16,226 nt of DNA from Octopus sinensis (Eukaryota): contig NW_021825182.1 in assembly GCF_006345805.1 (NCBI RefSeq), forward strand, positions 1-16,226, in the 5' to 3' direction. Positions 1-8,274 of the stretch are shown here, piece after piece. The notes under the pieces were generated by a model that made no database searches, was not told the origin of the DNA, and saw nothing but the letters and a program-made list of their open reading frames with translations. The position numbers were made by a program, and so were the translations under genes. Within the stretch, counting starts at the first letter, position 1, and each line of letters opens with the position of its first letter.

Positions 1-1
1 A

Positions 2-2191
2 ATCAATAAAACCAACTTGCATTTTAGGCAATTGGTGTCTTTTCCTGCGATCCATCATAGGCATGATATTACGAGTAAAATGGCTCTCCAAATCGCCTTG
101 TTCGAAGAACTCAGTTGCAACTGTAATAGCAGTCTTTCTTTGAACCTCCCATGGCTTAGTAATACTTGAAAGATCAGACGCAGTCATCATCATGCAAATT
201 AGTAAATCAATACTTTCTTGAGATGACAACGCTTGGTCATCGACTTCTAATTTCTGTTTGAAAATGTACCTTTTCTCAAAGTACATTAGGAGGTCCGTAG
301 CAAGGATTGATTTCTCTATAAGTTTAAGCCCCTGCTGATATTTTTCAACTGAGATGTTTCGTAAAATATTTGTTTCTTCATATTTTAATATCATGAGACA
401 TCGACTTATATGATGATATTCCATCACAGACGTGTTGTAAAGAATAGCAAGAGGAGATGCCGTCTTCGCTTGAAACGCATTATCACGTCCTCTATGATCA
501 ATATCATGACACAAACAAGCAATCAATAGGCAAATCCGATCAAATTCTGTGAAATATATTTGCAATTTGCCAGTAGTCAACATACAAAACATCATTTGAG
601 TAACATTGAGAGCATGGCGCCAATTATGATAGGTGACAGGTCGATAGTTCTTTTTAACAGTTAGTATCCACCTATATAATAATTCTTTAGATATGTTGAG
701 AACGGGCAATGTTTTGGCATCTAAAAATATGCGAACGACCAACAAAACAGTGTCATCCTCTGAATATAAGAAGTGATCGAAGTCGAATTGATAAATTTGA
801 GAATAATTTACAGATTCCATTTCCATACTTAAAAATCGATCTACAATTTCTGGATAGCAAGTAGCATGATAACTAAGCACTTTATTTGTAAATTCTAACT
901 GACATAACGTTTTTGCTGAAGTTTCATAAAGACGGCAATTATAGATAGCTAAACCGCAGAACATTGTAAATAGCTCCATCATGTTGATATCATTTCGACT
1001 AAAAATATCCCTTGAATCTCTGATATACACGATCCAACCGACAAAATTATTGCTGGCATCTTTAATTGCTAAGCAAAGCAACCAACTACCAATCTTACTT
1101 TCGAGTTGTATGGTATCAGACTCTGTAAATTCATTCAAATTAAACACATCAAAATTATTTTTACTATTCATATTTCGTTCAATTGCTTTTCTTACGTTTG
1201 GTGCTATAATTTGTTCTGAGATATCTGAAGCTCCTCTCGATAACTGAAAGACTTTCGAATATTCAGTTGGGAGAATTTTCTCTTTGTTCGGATCACTCAA
1301 ATAAATGCTGATACTCTCACACTGTAACATTTCCATGGCGAGTTTGGTAATTTCGGATATTAGTTTCGTTAGAGAATTTTGATATTTTAGTATACACCGA
1401 TTTAGTTTTAGTAATAAGCTGTGGCGATCGTGCTCTTCAATTGAACTTGCAAAGAAAGTGCTATTATTCATACTGATAGAACAAAATGACAAAAACCTCT
1501 CGAAGATATTTTCGTCTTCTGAGTCAAAATATTCCTCCTTTATTTTGTTTAATACTTGAGCGACAGCTAACAATTTATTATCATTGTCTAGAATTGGCAT
1601 ACATAGAATGCTTTTGGTACGAAATCCAGTCTTTTCGTCGACTTCACTCAAGAAACGAGGATCCTGATACACATCCTTAATATTTAATAGACATTTATTT
1701 TGAGCTACAAATCCTGAAATACCTTTTCCGAAGGGAATGCGTATGGCGTTTTCTTCAGTATGAAGTGATTCTTCAAGAGTAGATTCAGCTGTAACATCAA
1801 ACAGGGTCGAGATTAGATATTGAGTTTGTCCCGTTCCCCGAGCCAAAAAGAGACTTGCTTTTTCACACGGAAGTAAGGTACATAACTTCTTAAGAACTCG
1901 ATGGCATAGAGAATCTGTATGAAACTCACTGTTAAGAATTTTCACAACTTCTTTGTACAGTTCATTTTCCGTTAGAGTTTCGCTCTCGTCTTTTTGAGCC
2001 AGTTTCTTTTTAAACAAGGCATTTCCAATGAAATCAATGAAAGCATGTGCTTTTTCTATATGTATCTCAGTTTTAGCGAATATCTCTTCACCCAATTCGC
2101 TTAGACCATGTTCAGTGAGCCATGTTCTAACGAACAGTGGATTGTTCTTCAAGAACCCATCCACTTCTTCCTCAGTAAGTTCTGTTTCCAT
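2..2191 (-). CDS. Intronless GAF-GAF-catalytic cyclic nucleotide phosphodiesterase of the PDE5/6/11 family (closest in motif pattern to invertebrate cGMP-specific PDE5/Pde6). 3' end lies outside the window; candidate retrogene.
   Basis: Manual reverse-strand translation gives 730 codons with no stop, starting METELTEEEVDGFLKNNPLFVRTWL. An in-frame TAA lies three codons upstream (TAA AGA AAC ATG). GAF-A: SLFLARG...TLFDVT...IPFGKGISGFVA...NIKDVYQDPRF..EVDEKTGFRTKSILCMPI...AQVLNK...F...DE. Catalytic motifs: YHNWRHALNV (YHNWRH at 614-631), CHDIDHRG (HDIDH at 494-508), SVMEYHH, ILATDL, MMTASDLSSITKPW, EFFEQGD, LPKMQVGFID. Confidence 0.95.
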   Translation of the reverse strand, partial: METELTEEEVDGFLKNNPLFVRTWLTEHGLSELGEEIFAKTEIHIEKAHAFIDFIGNALFKKKLAQKDESETLTENELYKEVVKILNSEFHTDSLCHRVLKKLCTLLPCEKASLFLARGTGQTQYLISTLFDVTAESTLEESLHTEENAIRIPFGKGISGFVAQNKCLLNIKDVYQDPRFLSEVDEKTGFRTKSILCMPILDNDNKLLAVAQVLNKIKEEYFDSEDENIFERFLSFCSISMNNSTFFASSIEEHDRHSLLLKLNRCILKYQNSLTKLISEITKLAMEMLQCESISIYLSDPNKEKILPTEYSKVFQLSRGASDISEQIIAPNVRKAIERNMNSKNNFDVFNLNEFTESDTIQLESKIGSWLLCLAIKDASNNFVGWIVYIRDSRDIFSRNDINMMELFTMFCGLAIYNCRLYETSAKTLCQLEFTNKVLSYHATCYPEIVDRFLSMEMESVNYSQIYQFDFDHFLYSEDDTVLLVVRIFLDAKTLPVLNISKELLYRWILTVKKNYRPVTYHNWRHALNVTQMMFCMLTTGKLQIYFTEFDRICLLIACLCHDIDHRGRDNAFQAKTASPLAILYNTSVMEYHHISRCLMILKYEETNILRNISVEKYQQGLKLIEKSILATDLLMYFEKRYIFKQKLEVDDQALSSQESIDLLICMMMTASDLSSITKPWEVQRKTAITVATEFFEQGDLESHFTRNIMPMMDRRKRHQLPKMQVGFID

Positions 2192-2889
2192 GTTTCTTTA
2201 AAGTTTAAGTCCAAAAAAAAAAAAAAATGGTTCAATGAAGCCTGCAGTATTCTAAGAAACGTTTCATGAGAATTTCGATTTTCTTTTTTAATTCAGCAGT
2301 CTTCGCTACTTGAAATTAGAAGCAGGCGACAGATAGGTTTCCGTGGCTTGTCTTCGAAATCACGCTGTATAGTCTGTTGTGACGTAAGTAAAACTATGAC
2401 AAAATATTCAAAATCGTCATAAATTTGCATAATTTTGCCTTTGGTTTTATTGGTCTAAGGCAAAACGTTCCTCACACTGAATCATATTCTGTTCTGTGTT
2501 GTTGATAAATGACCAGATCGAAGATACAGTTGATGCTGACTTGAATCGAACTCTACGAAAAACGTCACTACATTATTGCTGGAATTAATTTGATTCAATT
2601 CTCAACACTTTCTGAAACTTCACCGCCGGTATCTTGATGCATTTTCCTTTCCTTAAGTTTAAAGCCCATGTTTAATGAATCTAGTTTGGTTCAACATATC
2701 ACCAAATATTTATTTAAATGTAAAACAATTGCCAAATCCAACGCTCTTTTACTGAAATTTCACTAACATCTACAGAGTAATTTTATGCGCGCGCATGCTG
2801 TATTTCGAGCTAGTGCATATGAAGATTTGTTTTATTTTATGCATGTATTCTCATGCATATAGTTGCATGTCTAGAAATGCACATATAGT

Positions 2890-3665
2890 CTTAAAATGGT
2901 AGGCTTCTGGAAAGTTTAACAAATTTTTACACTTCCAGTGATGACTTGGATCTGTAGTCTTTAAACCAGTCTTCCCCTTCTAGTTTTGAGAAGCCTAATT
3001 TCTCAAGGCTGGTGCTTAGGCAATTTGCTAAATATTCCAGTGCCACAATAATTACAGGTATTAACCTGAACTTGTAATCCGGGTAGAGTAACTGTAAATT
3101 ATTCAATAGTTTGGCATAGATGTTTTCTTTTTCGCTATCTTTAAGTTTTATGTTAACACCTTACTGGGCAGCTAATTTCCACTACTGTACACAATTTCTC
3201 TTCTCTGTCCCAAATCACTATGTCTGACATATTATGCTTCCATTTTATTGAGGTTTTCGCTGGGTCATTCCACCGGTACTCTTTCTAAGTATGAGTGGCT
3301 ATGACACCTGTCATATGTAGACTGTCCCTTTGACTTCAAGATTATCCACCTGACAGATCTCATTATACAGTGTCCTAGCTACAACATCATGTCTCATCGA
3401 TAGATAATACCGCGATAATTGCTTTGGACAACTGCTTATGATGTGGGTGATATCTTTGGTTTTAACTCCAGGAAGTCTGCTTCGTTTATCACATTTTCTT
3501 GCTTTTTCTACATCGTTGTCCCTTTTGTGCATCAGGTATTTGGTTGATATTTCTTGTTCGTGGCTTGCAAACGCATACCCTTGTTGGTCCATGACAGATC
3601 ACTTTGAGTGATAGTTTTGTACATTACTGTCATCTCGGAGCTTTCTGTTAACATATCCATGCATG
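2890..3665 (-). mobile_element. Decayed, 5'-truncated non-LTR retrotransposon with a restriction-like endonuclease (R2/R4/NeSL-type C-terminus)
   Basis: Broken minus-strand frames give MHGYV..., YAFASHEQEISTKY, a CCHC-like zinc-knuckle remnant (K..ITHIISSCP...Y..RHD.VAR), then KTSIKWKHNMSDIVIWDREEKLCTVVEISCP (PD-(D/E)xK remnant) and EKENIYAKL...LYPDYKFRLIPVIIVAL. Stops and frameshifts are present. Confidence 0.85.
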
Positions 3666-3886
3666 GTCGATTATGTATGTATGCATGTATGTATGTTAGT
3701 ATGTATGTGTGGTGAGGGGGTGTTTACTGATGATAGCTGTTTTACATTATGGTAGGTAGTAAGCTCCAGGTTAGAAACCGACTCTTTCACAATTGGTGAA
3801 AAATCTAGAAATAAAACTGAATAAATACATACACATATTACATACATGCATATATGTATGCGTGCATACATATATATACACACACA

Positions 3887-4115
3887 GGCGGCGAGCTGGC
3901 AGAAACGTTAGCACGCCGGGCGAAATGCGTAACCGTATTTCGTCTGCCGTTACGTTCTGAGTTCAAATTCCGCCGAGGTCGACTTTGCCTTTCCTCCTTT
4001 CGGGGTCGATAAATTAAGTACCAGTTACGCACTGGGGTCGATATAATCGACTTAATCCGTTTGTCTGTCCTTGTTTACCCCCTCTGTGTTTAGCCCCTTG
4101 TGGGTAGTAAAGAAA
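3887..4115 (+). mobile_element. tRNA-derived SINE, family 1, full-length monomer
   Basis: A-box-like TGGCAGAAACGTTAG and B-box GAGTTCAAATTCC. The body GCCTTTC.TCCTTTCGGGGTCGATAAATTAAGTACCAG recurs many times in the window. Flanked by a 16-bp direct repeat TATATATACACACACA (3871-3886 / 4116-4131). Confidence 0.9.
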
Positions 4116-4183
4116 TATATATACACACACATACACACATACATACGTACACACATACATACGTACACACATATATATACACA

Positions 4184-4490
4184 GTGGAGGCACATGGCCT
4201 AGTGGTCAGAGCAGCGGATCGCGGTCGAGGGATCGCCGGTTCGAATCTCAGACCGGGCGATGTGTGTGTTTATGAGCGAAACACCTAAGCTTCACGCGGC
4301 TCCAGCAGAAGGTAATGGCGAAGTTCTGCTGACTCTTTCGCCACAACTTTCTCTCTCTCGTTCCTCCTGCATCTTGCAGCTCACCTGCGACGGACCGGCG
4401 TCCCGTCCAGGTGGGGAACCTTTACGCCAAGGAAACCGGGAAACCGGCCCTTATGAGCCAGGCATGTCTCGAGAAGGAACAAACAACAAC
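4184..4490 (+). mobile_element. tRNA-derived SINE, family 3, tail type A
   Basis: A box TGGCCTAGTGG and B box GGTTCGAATCTC. The 5' ~150 nt are homologous to 4674-5048 and 15948-16226. Contains CCTGCGACGGACCGGCGTCCCGTCCAGG, which resembles a V-SINE central domain from memory, and ends in an (AAC)n tail. Confidence 0.85.
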
Positions 4491-4673
4491 ATACACACAC
4501 ATATACATATGTACACATACATACACTCACATGCGTACGTAGATACATAATGATTGCTTCATTTTGTCAAATGAAAGCTGTTTCACATTATGGTAGTGAG
4601 ACGCCAATAGGTTATTGGGTTTAAGTGACAAATGCTTTTACAATACTTTTGCCATTCTCTCGGTTGCCATAAT

Positions 4674-5048
4674 TGGAATCACTCCGTCGGTTTCGACGAT
4701 GAGGGTTCCGGTTGATCCGAATGAACGGAACAGCCTGCTCGCGAAATTAACGTGTAAGTGGCTGAGCACTCCACAGACACGTGCACCCTTAACGTAGTTC
4801 TCGGGGATATTCAGCGTGACACAGAGAGTGACAAGGCCGGCCCCTTGAAATACAGGTACAACAGAAACAGGAAGTAAGAGTGAGAGAAAGTTGTGGTGAA
4901 AGAGTACAGCAGGGATCACCACCATCCCCTGCCGGAGCATCGTGGTGTTTTCGCTCAATAAGCACTCACAACGCCCGGTCTGGGAATCGAAACCGCGATC
5001 CTACGACCGCGAGTCCGCTGCCCTAACCACTGGGCCATTGCGCCTCCC
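4674..5048 (-). mobile_element. tRNA-derived SINE, family 3, tail type B, with target-site duplication
   Basis: Minus strand begins GGAGGCGCAATGGCCCAGTGGTTAGGGCAGCGG...GGTTTCGATTCCC. Perfect 10-bp TSD TTGCCATAAT at 4664-4673 and 5049-5058. Confidence 0.9.
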
Positions 5049-5141
5049 TTGCCATAATAGGTTCCAGTGAGAAGCATTGCGAGATAACTGGTAACATTAT
5101 GGTTGCAAATAAGGTAGTGAGCAGGCAGAAATGGTAGTATA

Positions 5142-5571
5142 GGCAGCGAGCTATACGCCGGGCAAAATGCTTAGCGGTATTTAGTCTGCCGTAACGTTCT
5201 GAGTTCAAATTCCGCTGAGGTCGACTTTGCCTTTCAGCCTTTCGGGGTCGATAAATTAAGTACGAGTTACGCACTTGGGTAAATCCGGCTGTCCTTGTTT
5301 GCCCTCTCTGTGTTTAGCCCCTTGTCGGTAGTAAAGAAACAGGTATTTCGTCTGTCTTTACGTTCTGAGTTCAAATTCCGCCGAGGTCAACTTTGCCGTT
5401 CATCCTTTCGGGGTCGATAAATTAAGTACCAGTTACGCACTGGGGGTTGATGTAATCGACTTAATCCCCTTGTCTGTCCTTGTTTGTCCCCTCTATTGCC
5501 CCTTTGTGGGCAATAAAGAAATAAGAAACGTTAGCATGCCCGGGCGAAATGCGTAGCAGTATTCCGTCTCT
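5142..5571 (+). mobile_element. SINE family 1 tandem multimer (two bodies plus a head fragment)
   Basis: Two copies of the GTTCTGAGTTCAAATTCCGC...GGGGTCGATAAATTAAGTAC body are joined at 5340/5341. A third head fragment (AGAAACGTTAGCATGCCCGGGCGAAATGCG) starts at ~5525. Confidence 0.85.
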
Positions 5572-5840
5572 CATACAAACATACATATATATATACATAC
5601 ATACATACATACATACATACATACATACACAAACATACATACATACATACATACATACATACATACATGCATACATACATACACACCCAATACATACATA
5701 CATACACACATGCATACATACATACATTCTTACATACATACATACATACACACAAACATACATACATACATACATACATACATACATACACACAAACATA
5801 CATACATACACACAAACATACATACATACATGCATACATA
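5572..5840. repeat. (TACA)n compound microsatellite
   Basis: Direct inspection; the source of the spurious MYVC/HTYI ORFs. Confidence 0.95.
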
Positions 5841-6088
5841 TTTGGTTGGTGCATAATTATTGCGGCTTTTTTCCAAATTTTATTCAATAAAATCAACAAC
5901 AATATTTAACAAAAACATCTTTCAATGACGACCTCACTGTCTGCCAAGCAAATTGGAAGCAGTAATTGAAGTAGATGGTGAATATGCTCCGAAACAATCA
6001 TTTAAAGATGTTTTTGTTACGTGTTGTTATTGTTTTTGTTGAATAAAATTTATAGAAAAGAAGCCGCAATAATTATGCACCAACCCAA
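5841..6088 (+). mobile_element. Mariner-type MITE / internal-deletion derivative
   Basis: TIRs TT(T/G)GGTTGGTGCATAATTATTGCGGCTT at both ends, with inverted homology extending ~85-90 bp. TA dinucleotides at 5839-5840 and 6089-6090. The internal stretch translates to LPSK(L/W)EAVIEVDGEY, like a mariner transposase C-terminus. Confidence 0.9.
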
Positions 6089-6135
6089 TAGATGCATACA
6101 TACATACGCGTGTTTAATTTAAAATATAAATATAT

Positions 6136-6544
6136 GGCTGTGTGGTAAATAGCATGCTTACCAACCACATGGTTGTGGGTTCAGTCCCACTGCATGGCAT
6201 CTTGGGCAAGTGTCTTCTACTATAGCCTCGGGCCAACCAAAGCCTTGTGAGTGGATTTGGTAGACGGAAACTGAAAGAAGCCCGTCGTATATCTGTATGT
6301 ATATATATGTGTGTGTGTGTGTATGTTTGTGTGTCTGTGTTTGTCCCCCTAGCATTGCTTGACAACCAATGCTGGTGTGTTTATGTTCCCGTTACTTAGC
6401 GGTTCGGCAAAAGAGACCGATAGAATACGTACTGGGCTTACAAAGCATAATTCCTGGGGTCGATTTGCTCGACTAAAGGCGGTGCTCTAGCATGGCCGCA
6501 GTCAAATGACTGAAACAAGTAAAAGAGTAAAAGAGTAAAAGAGT
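6136..6544 (+). mobile_element. tRNA-derived SINE, family 2
   Basis: A box TGTGTGGTAA, B box GGTTCAGTCCC, a CORE-like CTTGGGCAAGTG segment, an internal (TA)(TG) microsatellite and an (AAAAGAGT)n tail. Further copies at 10301 and 14496. Confidence 0.9.
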
Positions 6545-6560
6545 ATATTATTTGTTTCAC

Positions 6561-6800
6561 CTTTTAATTTTTCCTTGAAAGACGTTTTTTCCGTTGTATG
6601 ATTTTCTGTGGTTTCCCTAACAAACAACTCAACTGCAGAGTCGAGGTTTCCGGGTCGCGATTTTGGTTGTTTTTCTCTTGGCATTTGTTTTGGATAAAAC
6701 ATCAAAGGAAATCCGAACAAGATGGTAATAGCAGCGATGAAGAGAAACCCTATCCACCAGGCACCAATCCAGTTGGGATCACTCGGTGTCATACCTTTAT
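6561..6800 (-). CDS. Internal exon of an organic anion transporting polypeptide (OATP/SLCO family)
   Basis: Encodes (x)KGMTPSDPNWIGAWWIGFLFIAAITILFGFPLMFYPKQMP...KEKLK, carrying the OATP signature DP.WxGAWWxG. Acceptor ...TTTTATTATTCCAG| at 6801 and donor |GTGAAA at 6560. Length 240 nt, phase 1-1. Confidence 0.92.
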
Positions 6801-6939
6801 CTGGAATAATAAAAGAATTAACAAATATTAGAACTTACTTTGAAAAGACGATTTTTCTTGAATTATTTGGAATGGAATTACGGTGCCTTCCTTCTCTTCA
6901 ACTTTCTCCCTGTCCCTCACCCCGTGTCTCTGTATATTT

Positions 6940-7195
6940 GCCTCTCTCTCTCTCTCTCCCACACACATATGAACAAACACATATACACACATACACACAC
7001 ATATATACACATTCGCACACATAAACACATATACACACACACATACACATATATACATATACACATACACATATATACACACCTATACACGTGCATGTAT
7101 ACACTCTTTCAATCACACACATATTCACTCACATACATGTTCACTCTCTCTCTCTCTCTCTCTCTCTTCTATAAACACACACACACACACAAACA
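6940..7195. repeat. Compound (CT)n/(CA)n/(TA)n microsatellite
   Basis: Direct inspection. Confidence 0.95.
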
Positions 7196-7202
7196 CTTAT
7201 TC

Positions 7203-8044
7203 CTATTTCTTTATTACCCACAAGGTGCTAAACATAGAGGGAACAAACAAGGATAGACAAAGGGATTAAGTCGATTATATCGACCCCAGTGCGTAACTGG
7301 TACTTAATTTATCGACCCCGAAAGGATGAAAGGCAAAGTCGACCTCGGCGGAATTTGAACTCAGAACGTAACGGCAGATGAAATACCTATTTCTTTTCTA
7401 CCCACAAGGGGCTAAATACAGAGAGGACAAATAAATGGATTAAGTCGATTACATCGACCCCAGTGCGTAACTGGTACTTAATTTATCGACCCCGAAAGGA
7501 TGAAAGGCAAAGTCGACCTCGGCGGAATTTGAACTCAGAACGTAGCGACAGACGAAATACCTATTTCTTTTCTACCCACAAGGGGCTAAATACAGAGAGG
7601 ACAAATAAATGGATTAAGTCGATTACATCGACCCCAGTGCGTAACTGGTACTTACTTAATCGACCCCGAAAGGATGAAAGGCAAAGTCGACCTCGGCGGA
7701 ATTTGAACTCAGAACGTAGCGACAGACGAAATACCTATTTCTTTTCTACCCACAAGGGGCTAAATACAGAGAGGACAAACAAGGACAGACAAAACGATTA
7801 AGTCGATTACATCGACCCCAGTGCGTAACTGGTACTTACTTAATCGACCCCGAAAGGATGAAAGGCAAAGTCGACCTCGGCGGAATTTGAACTCAGAACG
7901 TAGCGACAGACGAAATACCTATTTCTTTACTACCCACAGGGGGGCTAAACGCAGAGAGGACAAACAAGGACAGACAAACGGATTAAGTCGATTACATCGC
8001 CGCTAAGCATTTCGCCCGGCATGCTAACATTTCTGCCAGCTCGC
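7203..8044 (-). mobile_element. SINE family 1 head-to-tail array (four bodies of about 175-185 bp plus an internally deleted head unit)
   Basis: Repeated GTCGATTACATCGACCCCAGTGCGTAACTGGTACTT...GGCGGAATTTGAACTCAGAACG units. Junctions GAAATACCTATTTCTTT near 7388, 7562, 7738 and 7920. Head sequence at 8000-8044. Confidence 0.92.
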
Positions 8045-8274
8045 ACACAAACACATATTCCACAGAACACATGTTAATTTACCGAAAATGAGATAAAACT
8101 ATGCAAAGTGCTCAACAAAATATTTAATAACAACCAAAAGGATTTCAGAGCTGAGATAAACGTCTCAGTGTTAGAGATTATTCCATATGAAACACAAAAC
8201 AGATACGTGATGTAGCGTACTTTATGAATAAGCTGCAAGTGGTTGTGTACACCGTGGAAAATATAAACTGGTTC

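Noticed and set aside
981-1680. Plus-strand ORFs 981-1247 and 1486-1680
   Set aside because: They are antisense shadows of the PDE coding frame with no recognisable motifs.
3311-3592. 93-aa ORF as a host gene
   Set aside because: It is a fragment of the decayed RLE LINE; adjacent frames carry the rest of the domain with stops and frameshifts.
3887-3975. tRNA genes at the SINE heads (also 4184, 5048, 6136, 10301, 14496)
   Set aside because: They have A/B boxes but no convincing cloverleaf, and each continues into a repeated SINE body.
5461-5909. MYVC/HTYI-rich ORFs (also 3671-3883 and 6722-7256)
   Set aside because: They are translations of TACA/CA/TA microsatellites.
6502-6792. 96-aa ORF as a standalone gene
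   Set aside because: The Met is internal to an SLCO exon bounded by AG/GT at 6801/6560, and the ORF tail reads through intron and SINE sequence.
7203-8044. CRISPR-like array or repeated small ORFs (MRNWYL...)
   Set aside because: The units are wholly repeated SINE bodies with no unique spacers, there are no cas genes, and the context is eukaryotic.
8075-8270. Possible upstream SLCO exon
   Set aside because: None of the minus-strand frames resembles OATP sequence.
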